Shown here one piece after another: positions 5,919 through 15,013 of a stretch of DNA of 40,035 nucleotides. Source of the DNA: a virus (taxonomy: Duplodnaviria > Caudoviricetes); the IMG/VR virus record IMGVR_UViG_3300025267_000036, positions 1-40,035 of that record; one strand, given 5' to 3'. The notes under the pieces are model-generated. The model ran no database searches. It had not been told where the DNA came from and saw only the letters and a list, made by a program, of their open reading frames with translations. The position numbers and the translations under genes are program-made. Position 1 is the first letter of the stretch; the number at the start of each line of letters is the position of its first letter.

Positions 5919-6211
5919 GTAAAAACAGACCTCCTAAATATCTAACCCGTAACCAGCGATCTGGTTATAAAAATCCTAATTTTTATCAGGATAGGAAAAA
6001 AGCTGGTGAACAACTTAGAAGTAAATCAAAACCTTTGTGGCAGGTTAACTTCGATAAAAGAATGGATGAAGTGAAGCCGGAACGTGAAAAAAGAGAAGAA
6101 GATATTACTCTTACAGCTAAAGACTTTAGAAAAGGAAAAGAAGAATTAAAAGCTAAACTTAAAAAAGTAGCAAAAATACATTTTCATGCACCTAATTCAA
6201 CGATTCATTAA
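5915..6211 (+). CDS. Basic hypothetical protein (98 aa)
   Basis: AAGGAG RBS; ATGA overlap. Confidence 0.7.
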   Translation: MSKNRPPKYLTRNQRSGYKNPNFYQDRKKAGEQLRSKSKPLWQVNFDKRMDEVKPEREKREEDITLTAKDFRKGKEELKAKLKKVAKIHFHAPNSTIH

Positions 6212-6225
6212 AAAGGAGAGATACT

Positions 6226-6645
6226 ATGAGTAACAGTATTAATGACGGATTAAATGAAAGCTATGTTCAAGAGGGACTTGATGCTGGCTTACTAGACAGT
6301 CGTGCTAATTTATACTGTGTTTGGAAAATGCAACGAGAAGGACATGGCACAGTAAAAGAATATCTTATTGCAAATACTCTTGATCTTCCCAAACATGCCA
6401 GATTAACAGATACACTGAACACTGTTCTAAGACGTAATGATGTTCTTAAACAGAAGGTTCAAGAACTGAGATCAACTATTGCTTATTTAAACAAAGAACA
6501 GGGTCTGTTAAAAAATGAAGTTAAACAAACACAACAGCAATTGAATGCTCAGTATATTAGAGTAGCTGAATTGAATACTCAGATATATAAAAATCAAAAG
6601 AAACAGGCAGATGTTGTTGAAGGACGGTTAATAGATGTTACTTAA
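6226..6645 (+). CDS. Hypothetical coiled-coil protein (139 aa)
   Basis: AAGGAG RBS; heptad-like C-terminal half. Confidence 0.7.
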   Translation: MSNSINDGLNESYVQEGLDAGLLDSRANLYCVWKMQREGHGTVKEYLIANTLDLPKHARLTDTLNTVLRRNDVLKQKVQELRSTIAYLNKEQGLLKNEVKQTQQQLNAQYIRVAELNTQIYKNQKKQADVVEGRLIDVT

Positions 6646-7060
6646 AACTGCACTAATCTGCATGGCCCTCAATGTCTACTATGAGGCACGTAATCAGCCT
6701 ATTGAGGGCCAGATGGCAGTCACCTATACCATATTAAACAGGGTAATAGACAGTCGCTTTCCAGATAAAATCTGTGATGTAGTGTATCAAGGTAAACACT
6801 CTAGGATTACGGGAATGCCTCTTCGCCATAAGTGTCAATTTTCATGGTATTGTGACGGACGCACCGACACGCCAAAAGATTTGGATGCGTATCGATGGGC
6901 AGAGATGATAGTCAGACATGTATGGGAACAGAGACATAATGATTTAACGAGTGGTTCTACACATTATCATTCAATCGATGTTAAACCAGATTGGGCAAAG
7001 GATAAGACATTCTTAAAACGAATTGGTGATCATTTATTTTACAGGTGGGAAAAGAGATGA
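6635..7060 (+). CDS. Cell wall hydrolase, SleB/Hydrolase_2 family
   Basis: CMALNVYYEAR (catalytic Glu), LNRV, CQFSWYCDG, THYH and IGDHLFY motifs. Confidence 0.92.
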   Translation: MLLKTALICMALNVYYEARNQPIEGQMAVTYTILNRVIDSRFPDKICDVVYQGKHSRITGMPLRHKCQFSWYCDGRTDTPKDLDAYRWAEMIVRHVWEQRHNDLTSGSTHYHSIDVKPDWAKDKTFLKRIGDHLFYRWEKR

Positions 7061-7296
7061 AACAACGTAATCCATATCATAAAACATTGACACATTTTAA
7101 ACACAAAGTAGTTCCTTCTAAGAAGAAATACAACAGAAAGAAAAAGAGTAAGGAACTGAACAGATTTGGAGAAGAAAAGTGGTCAGAAGAAGATCATACA
7201 GGATGTTTTTCTTATCCTTTTTGTTATATGGACCCACGTGGTTGTCGAGAACAGACTCCAGATGAAGAGTTAGAAGAATATGGACACAGAGGTTAA
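7057..7296 (+). CDS. Hypothetical protein (79 aa, basic N-terminus)
   Basis: ATGA overlap with the hydrolase gene. Confidence 0.6.
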   Translation: MKQRNPYHKTLTHFKHKVVPSKKKYNRKKKSKELNRFGEEKWSEEDHTGCFSYPFCYMDPRGCREQTPDEELEEYGHRG

Positions 7297-7297
7297 G

Positions 7298-7374
7298 TGG
7301 TTGTGACATTTTTAACACACCGAAAAATTAATTTCACCGACGCGGTTGACGCGGCGTCGATTTTGGATTATGTA
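7298..7374 (+). promoter_or_regulatory. Operator copy 2 (TGT-N12-ACA) plus promoter TTGACG-N17-TATGTA with a CGACGC/GCGTCG inverted repeat over the -35
   Basis: Intergenic; repeats the 1819-1834 motif; CGCGG adjacent to the -35. Confidence 0.5.
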
Positions 7375-7411
7375 TCAGGTCGGATCAAAATTAATTTCAA
7401 AAAAAATGTAA

Positions 7412-7440
7412 TTGACATTGAAACTGTTAGTTACTATTAG
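7412..7440 (+). promoter_or_regulatory. Sigma70-like promoter TTGACA-N17-TATTAG with an upstream A-tract
   Basis: Perfect -35 and an A-rich UP-like tract; precedes the replication operon. Confidence 0.55.
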
Positions 7441-7457
7441 ATACAAAGGAGAATTTT

Positions 7458-7610
7458 TTGGAGCCTCAACTAAAATTAAATATTGACTATTCGGAATCGG
7501 ATGATCATGTTGTTAAAAAGATGGCAACAGAAGCTGTATCAGTCGGTGATTTTTTAAACTGGGATCACGCTTACGAAAGTTTGTGGGATCATTACGAAGG
7601 AGAGAAATAA
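7458..7610 (+). CDS. 50-aa acidic hypothetical protein (TTG start; MEPQLKLNIDYSESDDHVVKKMATEAVSVGDFLNWDHAYESLWDHYEGEK)
   Basis: Translated by hand. AAGGAG RBS; stop abuts the next ATG. Confidence 0.6.
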   Translation: MEPQLKLNIDYSESDDHVVKKMATEAVSVGDFLNWDHAYESLWDHYEGEK

Positions 7611-7611
7611 A

Positions 7612-7878
7612 ATGGAAGACATTATCAGCTTAACACCTAAACAAGTTAAAGGTTTAGTGTGGCATTTAAATGAAGAACTATATCGTCAACAGGTACATGG
7701 TAATAATGACAGTCGTATTATTACTGACAGGCTAGTGGAATTGTGTGTAAATTGTTACAACAATACTAATATTGCTTCTTCGTTTGAAGAACAGGACAGG
7801 GAGCAACGTGAACTAGAGCTTACTAACGGATTGAAGTGGTCAGATAAAGATTACGGAAAAGCTTTTAAGAGTTCCTAA
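7612..7878 (+). CDS. Hypothetical protein (88 aa)
   Basis: AAGGAG RBS; TAATG coupling to the primase gene. Confidence 0.7.
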   Translation: MEDIISLTPKQVKGLVWHLNEELYRQQVHGNNDSRIITDRLVELCVNCYNNTNIASSFEEQDREQRELELTNGLKWSDKDYGKAFKSS

Positions 7879-9536
7879 TGGGACAGTTTATTCAGCATGT
7901 TGGCTGTGAAGAATGTGGTTCTTCTGATGCTAACGCTATTTACGAAGACGGTTCTAGCTGGTGCTATAGCTGTCATACTTACAAATGGAATAGAGGAGAG
8001 ACATCTGTGGCTAAATCTATAGCAAGTGCAGTACGGGATCAGTTTGAACAGTTACCAACTGGAGGCTCCCTATCTGAGATTAAGGATAGGGGAATTACTT
8101 CGGAAACGTGTAAGAAATATAATGTGAAAGTCATTAAGGACAAGGATGGTAATATTACGCATCATCACTATCCTTATTATGACAAGAATGACTCTCTTGT
8201 GGCTTATAAAATACGTGAAGTAGCTACCAAAAACTTTAGAACAACAGGTAGCTGGCCTGTCACTGGTCTATTTGGACAACAGTTATTTAATAAGCCTACC
8301 AGTTTCATTACTATCTGTGAAGGCGAATTAGACGCACTGGCGACACGTCAGATGCTGGGTAACTATCCTGTTGTGTCTATACGGAATGGAGCAGCTTCTG
8401 CTTTGAAGGACTGTAAAAGATCACTTCAGTTTCTTGATCAATTTGAAAATATAGTCATTTGTTTTGACTCTGACGAGGTTGGAAAGAAAGCATCTAAAGA
8501 TGTAGCTGATTTATTCACTCCGGGTAAGTGTCATATTCTAACAACTGAACTTAAAGATCCTTGTGAGTATTTAGTTCAACATAAATCTAAACAATTTGTT
8601 ACTGAATGGTTTGAGAATAAGAAACAATATACTCCTGAAGGTATCATTTGTCTTGCAGATATGTGGGACTCTCTTTCCACAAAAGAAGATATTGTTACAG
8701 TCGATTACCCGTGGTCAGGTTTACAACATCTGACATATGGTATGAGATTGGGTGAGCTTTGTACATTTGCGGCAGGTACAGGAGCAGGTAAAAGTACAGC
8801 AGTTCGGGAACTTGCTTATCACATACTAATGAAGAGTTCTTTTAATATTGGTATGATATTTCTGGAAGAGACTGTAAAGCGTACTGGTCTGGCATTGCTG
8901 GGTATACATGCTAACAAACCTATGCATCTTCCTACTTGTGAATACACGGACGAAGAATTTAAGGAAGCATTCGATGCTGTCAGTATGGACAGACGTGTGT
9001 TTCTCTTCGATCATTTTGGTTCGTGGGGTATAGATCAGCTTCTTTCCCGTGTTAGATTTATGGCAAAAGGACTTGACTGTAAGTTTATTTTCCTTGATCA
9101 TATTTCAATTATCGTTTCGTCTCAGGAATTTGGAGATGAACGTAAAGCTATAGATGAAGTAATGACTAAACTTCGGATGCTTGTACAGGAACTGGATATT
9201 CATCTTGGTATTGTTACTCATCTTAAACGGGTTGCTAACGGAGCGCATGAAGAAGGACATAATGTATCACTGAGTCATCTTCGTGGCAGTCAGGGCATAG
9301 CACAATTATCCGACATGGTATTGGGATTGGAACGTGACTCTCAGAATGAAAATGAACTTATTCGTAATACTACTTTGATACGTGTTCTTAAAAATAGATT
9401 CAGTGGAGATACTGGCCCTGCCTCTTACTTGCGGTATGATAGAACAACGGGTCGTCAGACTGAGATAGATAGATCTGAAATGGAACCAAGTGAAGTGGAA
9501 GAAGAAACAAATGATGACGATGAGATACCCTTCTAA
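7878..9536 (+). CDS. T7 gp4-like DNA primase/helicase
   Basis: Zn finger CEEC...CYSC, TOPRIM EGELD/FDSD, Walker A AGTGAGKST, FLDH and KNRFSG; acidic tail ending in F. Confidence 0.96.
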   Translation: MGQFIQHVGCEECGSSDANAIYEDGSSWCYSCHTYKWNRGETSVAKSIASAVRDQFEQLPTGGSLSEIKDRGITSETCKKYNVKVIKDKDGNITHHHYPYYDKNDSLVAYKIREVATKNFRTTGSWPVTGLFGQQLFNKPTSFITICEGELDALATRQMLGNYPVVSIRNGAASALKDCKRSLQFLDQFENIVICFDSDEVGKKASKDVADLFTPGKCHILTTELKDPCEYLVQHKSKQFVTEWFENKKQYTPEGIICLADMWDSLSTKEDIVTVDYPWSGLQHLTYGMRLGELCTFAAGTGAGKSTAVRELAYHILMKSSFNIGMIFLEETVKRTGLALLGIHANKPMHLPTCEYTDEEFKEAFDAVSMDRRVFLFDHFGSWGIDQLLSRVRFMAKGLDCKFIFLDHISIIVSSQEFGDERKAIDEVMTKLRMLVQELDIHLGIVTHLKRVANGAHEEGHNVSLSHLRGSQGIAQLSDMVLGLERDSQNENELIRNTTLIRVLKNRFSGDTGPASYLRYDRTTGRQTEIDRSEMEPSEVEEETNDDDEIPF

Positions 9537-11180
9537 ATGAAACTTGTTCTTGACATTGAAACTGATGGGCTAGATCCCACTTGCATTCATGTGGCTGTTT
9601 GTAAAAACATTGAGTCAGGTGAGGTAACTTCTTTCAGAGAGTGGGACAAAGTTTTCTTTCAATCCTATCTGAATAAAGCTGATCAGGTTATCATGCATAA
9701 CGGTATTTCATTTGATCTTCCGATACTGGAAAGATTGTGGGGTATATCGTTCCCTTACACAAAGGTCTTGGATACTCTTGTAATATCTCAACTCCATAAT
9801 CCGATACGTGATGGTGGCAATGGATTACAGAACTGGGGGAATATTCTTGGGTTTCCTAAAGATGAGAAGCCTGTTTCTTTTAAAGAGTTCACAACTCAGA
9901 TGCATAACTACTGTGTGCGTGATGTGGAAGTAACAGAGAAAGTCTACCATAAGCTACGATCAGATATGAAGGGATGGTCGAAGCGTTCTGTTGATCTGGA
10001 GCATACAGTTAGACGACTAATGGACTTACAAACTCAACATGGATTCTTTATAGACCAACAGAAAGTACATACTCTTGTAGCTTCCCTGTCTGATGAAAGT
10101 GGTGAACTTGAGGATCATCTTGTTGAAGTGTTTGAGCCTACTTATAAAGAGCTTAAAACAAAGACTAATATCATTCCGTTTAATCCTCAGAGTCGTCAGC
10201 AAATAGGTGACAGGCTTATGAAACGTGGATGGGAACCAACTCAGTTTACAGAGAAGACGGGACTTCCTGTCGTTAATGAAGGAACACTTGCAGACTGTAC
10301 GGTTCCAGAAGCTAGACATATTAGAAGGTATATGTTATTGCGTAAGCGTACTGCACAGATTTCATCTTGGGTTAAATCAATTAATCCTGATACCGACAGA
10401 GTACATGGGAAGGTCATTACTATAGGTGCAGTAACGAATCGTATGAGCCATAACTCTCCTAACATGGCTCAAGTACCAGCAGTTCATTCACCATACGGAA
10501 AGGAATGTCGTGAGTGCTGGACAGTGGAGGACATTGACAACTACCGTCTGGTAGGTGCTGATGCGTCTGGATTAGAGTTACGCTGTCTGGCTCACTACAT
10601 TGATGATCCGAATTACACAAAAGAAATACTGGAAGGTGATGTTCATACTGCTAATATGAAAGCGGCTGGGATAACAGACAGGGATCAGGCAAAAACTTTT
10701 ATTTACGCCTTTCTTTATGGGGCTGGACCTTCCAAAATAGGTTCTATAGTTGGTGAGGATGCCCGTGCTGGACAACAGTTGATTACAAAGTTCTTACGTG
10801 CTATGCCTAAGTTATCTCACTTCAGAGAGCATACAATGCAGCAAGCGGAAGAGACAGGAATGGTTAAAGGTTTGGATGGAAGATACTTTCACATTAAAAG
10901 TAATCATTCTACAGTTAACACCTTACTTCAGGGGGCAGGTGCAATCATTTGTAAAGATTGGCTTTGTAATATAGTTGAGTACATAAATGAAAAAGGATTG
11001 GATGCTAAACCTGTTGCTAATATACATGACGAGGTTCAGTTTGAAGTACATAAAACTGACGCTGAAGAGTTATGTAATGTATCTAAACAAGCAATTAAAG
11101 ATACGGAAGAAAGTTTAAATGTACGCTGTCCTCTAGACAGTGAATCAAAGGTTGGATTTAACTGGTCGGAGACACATTAA
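9537..11180 (+). CDS. polA: Family A DNA polymerase with 3'-5' exonuclease (T7 gp5-like, Tyr762 type)
   Basis: ExoI DIETD, ExoII HNGISFD, ExoIII YCVRD, motif A DASGLELR, motif B KTFIYAFLYG, motif C HDE. Confidence 0.96.
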   Translation: MKLVLDIETDGLDPTCIHVAVCKNIESGEVTSFREWDKVFFQSYLNKADQVIMHNGISFDLPILERLWGISFPYTKVLDTLVISQLHNPIRDGGNGLQNWGNILGFPKDEKPVSFKEFTTQMHNYCVRDVEVTEKVYHKLRSDMKGWSKRSVDLEHTVRRLMDLQTQHGFFIDQQKVHTLVASLSDESGELEDHLVEVFEPTYKELKTKTNIIPFNPQSRQQIGDRLMKRGWEPTQFTEKTGLPVVNEGTLADCTVPEARHIRRYMLLRKRTAQISSWVKSINPDTDRVHGKVITIGAVTNRMSHNSPNMAQVPAVHSPYGKECRECWTVEDIDNYRLVGADASGLELRCLAHYIDDPNYTKEILEGDVHTANMKAAGITDRDQAKTFIYAFLYGAGPSKIGSIVGEDARAGQQLITKFLRAMPKLSHFREHTMQQAEETGMVKGLDGRYFHIKSNHSTVNTLLQGAGAIICKDWLCNIVEYINEKGLDAKPVANIHDEVQFEVHKTDAEELCNVSKQAIKDTEESLNVRCPLDSESKVGFNWSETH

Positions 11181-11181
11181 G

Positions 11182-11493
11182 ATGCCTTATAAAGATCCTG
11201 AGAAACAGAAACAAAGATTAAGAGATGCTCGTGCAACTAATAAACAATGGGCCATTGACTATAAAGGAGGTAAGTGTGAGTCTTGTGGACTTGTTCCAGA
11301 ATATTTAGTTGTACTTGAGTTTCATCATAGAAATATGAATGAAAAAGAGTTTAATATTAGCAGAGAATCAAATATGTATCTTGATAGTTTTAAAAAGAAA
11401 GTCACACCCGAACTCGATAAATGCGCCCTTCTATGTGCTAACTGTCATAGAATTGAACATGCTAAATGGAATGAAGAAAGAATGAAGAAATGA
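11182..11493 (+). CDS. HNH endonuclease (Zn-binding)
   Basis: CESC...EFHH...LLCANCHRIEH; ATG 1 nt after the polA stop. Confidence 0.85.
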   Translation: MPYKDPEKQKQRLRDARATNKQWAIDYKGGKCESCGLVPEYLVVLEFHHRNMNEKEFNISRESNMYLDSFKKKVTPELDKCALLCANCHRIEHAKWNEERMKK

Positions 11494-11978
11494 TTGACGA
11501 AGTAATTATAAAACCTGAATGGGTTAAAGATGCTGAAGCTAAATCAGAATCATTAGGAGTCCTTAACAATTCTATTTCAAAAGGACAAGGAAATGTACTT
11601 GGTTTTGTGGGTGAGTATGCGGTACTGTCTCTGTTAAAAGAAGGTCATATGTCAAATACTTATGACTATGATATTGAAACTCCGACAGATACCATTGATG
11701 TAAAAACAAAGAGATGTAAGTATAAACCCCATCCCCATTACATGTGTACTATTGCGGCTTACAATACAACTCAAAGATGTAGTCGGTATGTATTTGTAAG
11801 AATGCTTTCAGACTACAGTAAATGTTGGGTGTGTGGGTGGATACAAAAGAAAAAGTATTTTAATGAAGCGAAGTTTATGAAACGAGGAGAGGAGGATGGT
11901 GACAACGGATTTATTATAAAAGCAGACTGTTACAACTTGCCGATAAATAAATTAAACGATATCGAATTTTTTTCTTGA
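11490..11978 (+). CDS. Putative PD-(D/E)XK-fold protein
   Basis: GFVGE...YDYDI...IDVKTK pattern. Confidence 0.55.
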   Translation: MIDEVIIKPEWVKDAEAKSESLGVLNNSISKGQGNVLGFVGEYAVLSLLKEGHMSNTYDYDIETPTDTIDVKTKRCKYKPHPHYMCTIAAYNTTQRCSRYVFVRMLSDYSKCWVCGWIQKKKYFNEAKFMKRGEEDGDNGFIIKADCYNLPINKLNDIEFFS

Positions 11979-12015
11979 CACGCGGTTTCGCTTGGTTTAC
12001 GGTGGGTTTACGATG
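11975..12015 (+). promoter_or_regulatory. Promoter TTGACA-N17-TACGGT-N6-ACGATG upstream of ssb
   Basis: Perfect -35, upstream T-tract, and architecture shared with 1890-1930. Confidence 0.65.
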
Positions 12016-12051
12016 AATTTTAATTGAAACTTATAGTAAAGGAACTAGACT

Positions 12052-12564
12052 ATGCCAGTAATTTCTGGAAAAGCGTATTGGCCTAAACTTCATACTCCAA
12101 TGGGAACTCAATTAGCTCCTGATGATAAGAGGTATTCTCTTGATGTAGGTAATCTTGATAAAGATAATATCAAGAAAGCCAAAGATCTTGGTATGAATAT
12201 TAAAACTGACGATCCTAATTCCGGTAAAGCAAGTGCCGGATTAAAGGATAAGTTTGTTACTCTTAAAAAGTATGGGTTTGATTACAATGGTAATCTTAAT
12301 CCGAAACCGCCATTAGTTGATGCTAATAATCAACAGTTGTCGGATGAGATGTATAAGAAACTTGGTAATGGCTCGGAAGTAAATGTTAAGTTTACTTCTA
12401 AAACAACTAAGAGTGGCTTTCATCAGTTTCATCTTGAAGCAGTTCAGGTAACATCATTAGTTGAATATGATGCTCCTGATTCCGGTGATGATGAGGTCTT
12501 TGAAGTTGTTAAAGGCGGTTTCAAAGCATCATCTGCTGATGCGGCAGAAGACGCACCATTCTAA
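12052..12564 (+). CDS. ssb: Single-stranded DNA-binding protein (T7 gp2.5-like)
   Basis: LGNGSEVNV and LEAVQV motifs; acidic tail ending in F; replication-module context. Confidence 0.8.
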   Translation: MPVISGKAYWPKLHTPMGTQLAPDDKRYSLDVGNLDKDNIKKAKDLGMNIKTDDPNSGKASAGLKDKFVTLKKYGFDYNGNLNPKPPLVDANNQQLSDEMYKKLGNGSEVNVKFTSKTTKSGFHQFHLEAVQVTSLVEYDAPDSGDDEVFEVVKGGFKASSADAAEDAPF

Positions 12565-12590
12565 CTCGCTGAACATGGGGTAACAGTATC

Positions 12591-13445
12591 ATGGCTTCAT
12601 TATCTACCATTCCAGAAGATCTTCAATCTTTATGGTCTAACGGGGTTTCTCCTTCCCCAAAAGATCTTAAAGTATTCTGTGATAATATAGCTGATGCTGT
12701 TACCTCATCCTTTCAAGAAGCAGTATCCACAGACCCTAAAACAATACTTCGTATGTCGTCTATTGGTAAACCTGCCAGACAACTATGGTATGAATCTAAA
12801 TATATTGATGAACCGGAAGAGCTAGACTACAGCTTACGTATAAAATTTCTTTATGGACATCTCCTTGAAGAACTCCTTGTTCTCCTTCTTAAAATGTCAG
12901 GACATTCTGTGGAAGAGCAGCAGCTTGAACATGACATTGATGGGATTAAAGGGCATCAGGATGCGAGAGTAGATGGTGTCCTTGTTGATTTTAAATCTGC
13001 TTCGGGAAGATCATTTGCTAAGTTTAAGAATCAAAGATTAGTAGGTGATGATCCATTTGGATATGTGGCTCAGATATCTGCTTATGCAGAAGCAAATAAA
13101 GATCAGGAAGCTTCCTTTATTGTAATAGATAAACAATCAGGTGAAGTTACTGTAATGCCTCTGCATAATATGGAAATGATTGATCCAAAAGAAAGGATAA
13201 AGAATCTAAGAGAAGCTCTTGAACAAGATACTCCTCCATCAAAATGTTACTCACCTGTACCAGATGGACAGTCGGGTAACATGAAGCTTAGTTCAGGATG
13301 TAACTACTGTCGTTTTAAATTTGAGTGCTGGGAAGATGCTAATGAAGGCAGAGGACTACGTGGTTTTAAATACGCTAATGGGATTAGATATCTAACTTCA
13401 GTAAGGAAGGCTCCTAATGTCGAAGAGATCACGCCCGGTTTTTAG
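12591..13445 (+). CDS. PD-(D/E)XK (Cas4/RecB-like) exonuclease
   Basis: RMSSIG..RQLWY, GHLLE, GHQD, VDFKS and YVAQ motifs; C-terminal C...CNYC....CW. Confidence 0.85.
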   Translation: MASLSTIPEDLQSLWSNGVSPSPKDLKVFCDNIADAVTSSFQEAVSTDPKTILRMSSIGKPARQLWYESKYIDEPEELDYSLRIKFLYGHLLEELLVLLLKMSGHSVEEQQLEHDIDGIKGHQDARVDGVLVDFKSASGRSFAKFKNQRLVGDDPFGYVAQISAYAEANKDQEASFIVIDKQSGEVTVMPLHNMEMIDPKERIKNLREALEQDTPPSKCYSPVPDGQSGNMKLSSGCNYCRFKFECWEDANEGRGLRGFKYANGIRYLTSVRKAPNVEEITPGF

Positions 13446-13881
13446 ATCTAAATTTGAAGAGATGGTTTACGAAGATCTGTCTCACAGAGAAATCAAAATG
13501 GAATATGAACCGTTTAAGATTGACTATACTATTCCTGAGACTTATAAAAAGTACACCCCTGATTTCGTACTTGAGAATGGAATCTGTATTGAATGTAAGG
13601 GATGGTTCCCTTTAGACGCTCGTAAGAAAATGATTTTTGTGCGGAGTTCTAATCCCCATCTTGACATTCGCTTTGTTTTCATGGATGCTGATACTAGAAT
13701 AAAAAAGAATAGTTCTACTACATTGGGACAGTGGGCCACTAAACATAAATTTATGTGGGCAAGAGAAACTGTACCGAAAAGCTGGGTTGATGAAAAAGAA
13801 AGCAGGAATAAAGATGGAGATAGAAGTGAGGCAGACCACCGCCTTTACTTCAGCCGCTACGGAGCATATGCCCCCGTCTGA
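13417..13881 (+). CDS. T7 gp3-like endonuclease I (Holliday junction resolvase)
   Basis: FRSKFE, YTPDF, IECKG and LDIRFVF motifs. Confidence 0.92.
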   Translation: MSKRSRPVFRSKFEEMVYEDLSHREIKMEYEPFKIDYTIPETYKKYTPDFVLENGICIECKGWFPLDARKKMIFVRSSNPHLDIRFVFMDADTRIKKNSSTTLGQWATKHKFMWARETVPKSWVDEKESRNKDGDRSEADHRLYFSRYGAYAPV

Positions 13882-14257
13882 AGTTTCTATATCCAGCGGT
13901 GAAGAAGGTTCGTGGAGTTACTTTGAAAGTAAATATATTTTTAATGAAGATCAGGAAGAGTTAAAACAAACAAGTCCAGAGAGAGTCATGTTTATAGCTG
14001 TATTTCTACAATCTCTTTTAGATGCTACCAAACCAGAGTATGAAGGGGAACCTCGTTTGTCTGTAGCAAATCGTGACTGTGCTGTTAAGTGGTTCACTCA
14101 ACCAGCTTGTGTTACTGCTTCTACTTTTGAACCCATTTGTGAATTAGCAGGGATTGATCCAGAGTATGCAAGAAATTACTTTAGTTTAATTATGGAAGGG
14201 GAAAGGGAGTTTACATATAGACGTATTAATATACTGTTGAACTCAACAAAGACATGA
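13814..14257 (+). CDS. Hypothetical protein (start uncertain: 13787, 13814 or 13868)
   Basis: Long ORF in operon position; ATGA overlap with the next gene. Confidence 0.65.
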   Translation: MEIEVRQTTAFTSAATEHMPPSEVSISSGEEGSWSYFESKYIFNEDQEELKQTSPERVMFIAVFLQSLLDATKPEYEGEPRLSVANRDCAVKWFTQPACVTASTFEPICELAGIDPEYARNYFSLIMEGEREFTYRRINILLNSTKT

Positions 14258-14529
14258 CAAAAGAAAAAGAATCTGTATTTGATTTAGATAAAGAACAGAT
14301 CATTTTATATAATGACATCTATAAGCTTATCAGTCCTTATATAAAACCTGACAATTCTGATTCTTTATTAATGACATCAGGTACATTGCTTGCTATATCT
14401 ATTCAGCTTTATACGGCTATGTATAAGGATGATAAGGCTATTCATACTATACTAGAAAACGCTAAAGAATCTCTTCCCAAACTACGAGAATCTATAGATA
14501 ATAATTTAAAAGTTCCAACTGTACATTAA
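14254..14529 (+). CDS. Hypothetical protein (91 aa)
   Basis: Operon position. Confidence 0.7.
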   Translation: MTKEKESVFDLDKEQIILYNDIYKLISPYIKPDNSDSLLMTSGTLLAISIQLYTAMYKDDKAIHTILENAKESLPKLRESIDNNLKVPTVH

Positions 14530-14540
14530 AAGAGGTATCC

Positions 14541-14741
14541 ATGTTTATTGCATTTAGTATAATTTCGTCCTTGCTTTTTGTTTCGGAGAAGAGTACATAT
14601 TTTGAACAGGTTCAACAACAAATGGATGCTGGAGCGGAATGGCATTATATAGGACAAACCGCTGCTGATCCAAATGCTGAACAGATCTTTACCTTTCCTT
14701 CAGAGAAAGGATCAAAAACAATTTTGTTTAAACTTAAATAG
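14541..14741 (+). CDS. Hypothetical protein with a hydrophobic N-terminus (66 aa)
   Basis: GAGGT RBS. Confidence 0.65.
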   Translation: MFIAFSIISSLLFVSEKSTYFEQVQQQMDAGAEWHYIGQTAADPNAEQIFTFPSEKGSKTILFKLK

Positions 14742-14764
14742 TGTTTAAAAGGAGAGAGAACATA

Positions 14765-15013
14765 ATGAAGAGTGACCCAGTAAATAACCCACCTCATTAT
14801 AACCGTAAGAATATTGAAGCTATTTGTGCTATTGAAGCTAGTATGGATGAAGAAGAGTTTCGTGGATATCTTAAAGGTAATACACTTAAATACATGTGGC
14901 GTTATAAGTATAAAGATAGCCCCGTAGAAGATCTCGAAAAAGCACAGTATTACCTTAACCTCTTGATAGTAAAGGCAAAAGAACATTATGGCTCAACGTC
15001 GGAAGGCTCCTAA
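14765..15013 (+). CDS. DUF3310 protein (T7 gp1.7-like nucleotide kinase family)
   Basis: DPVNNPPHY, IEAI, GNTLKYMWR and EDLEKAQYYL motifs; AAGGAG RBS before ATG 14765. Confidence 0.88.
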   Translation: MKSDPVNNPPHYNRKNIEAICAIEASMDEEEFRGYLKGNTLKYMWRYKYKDSPVEDLEKAQYYLNLLIVKAKEHYGSTSEGS

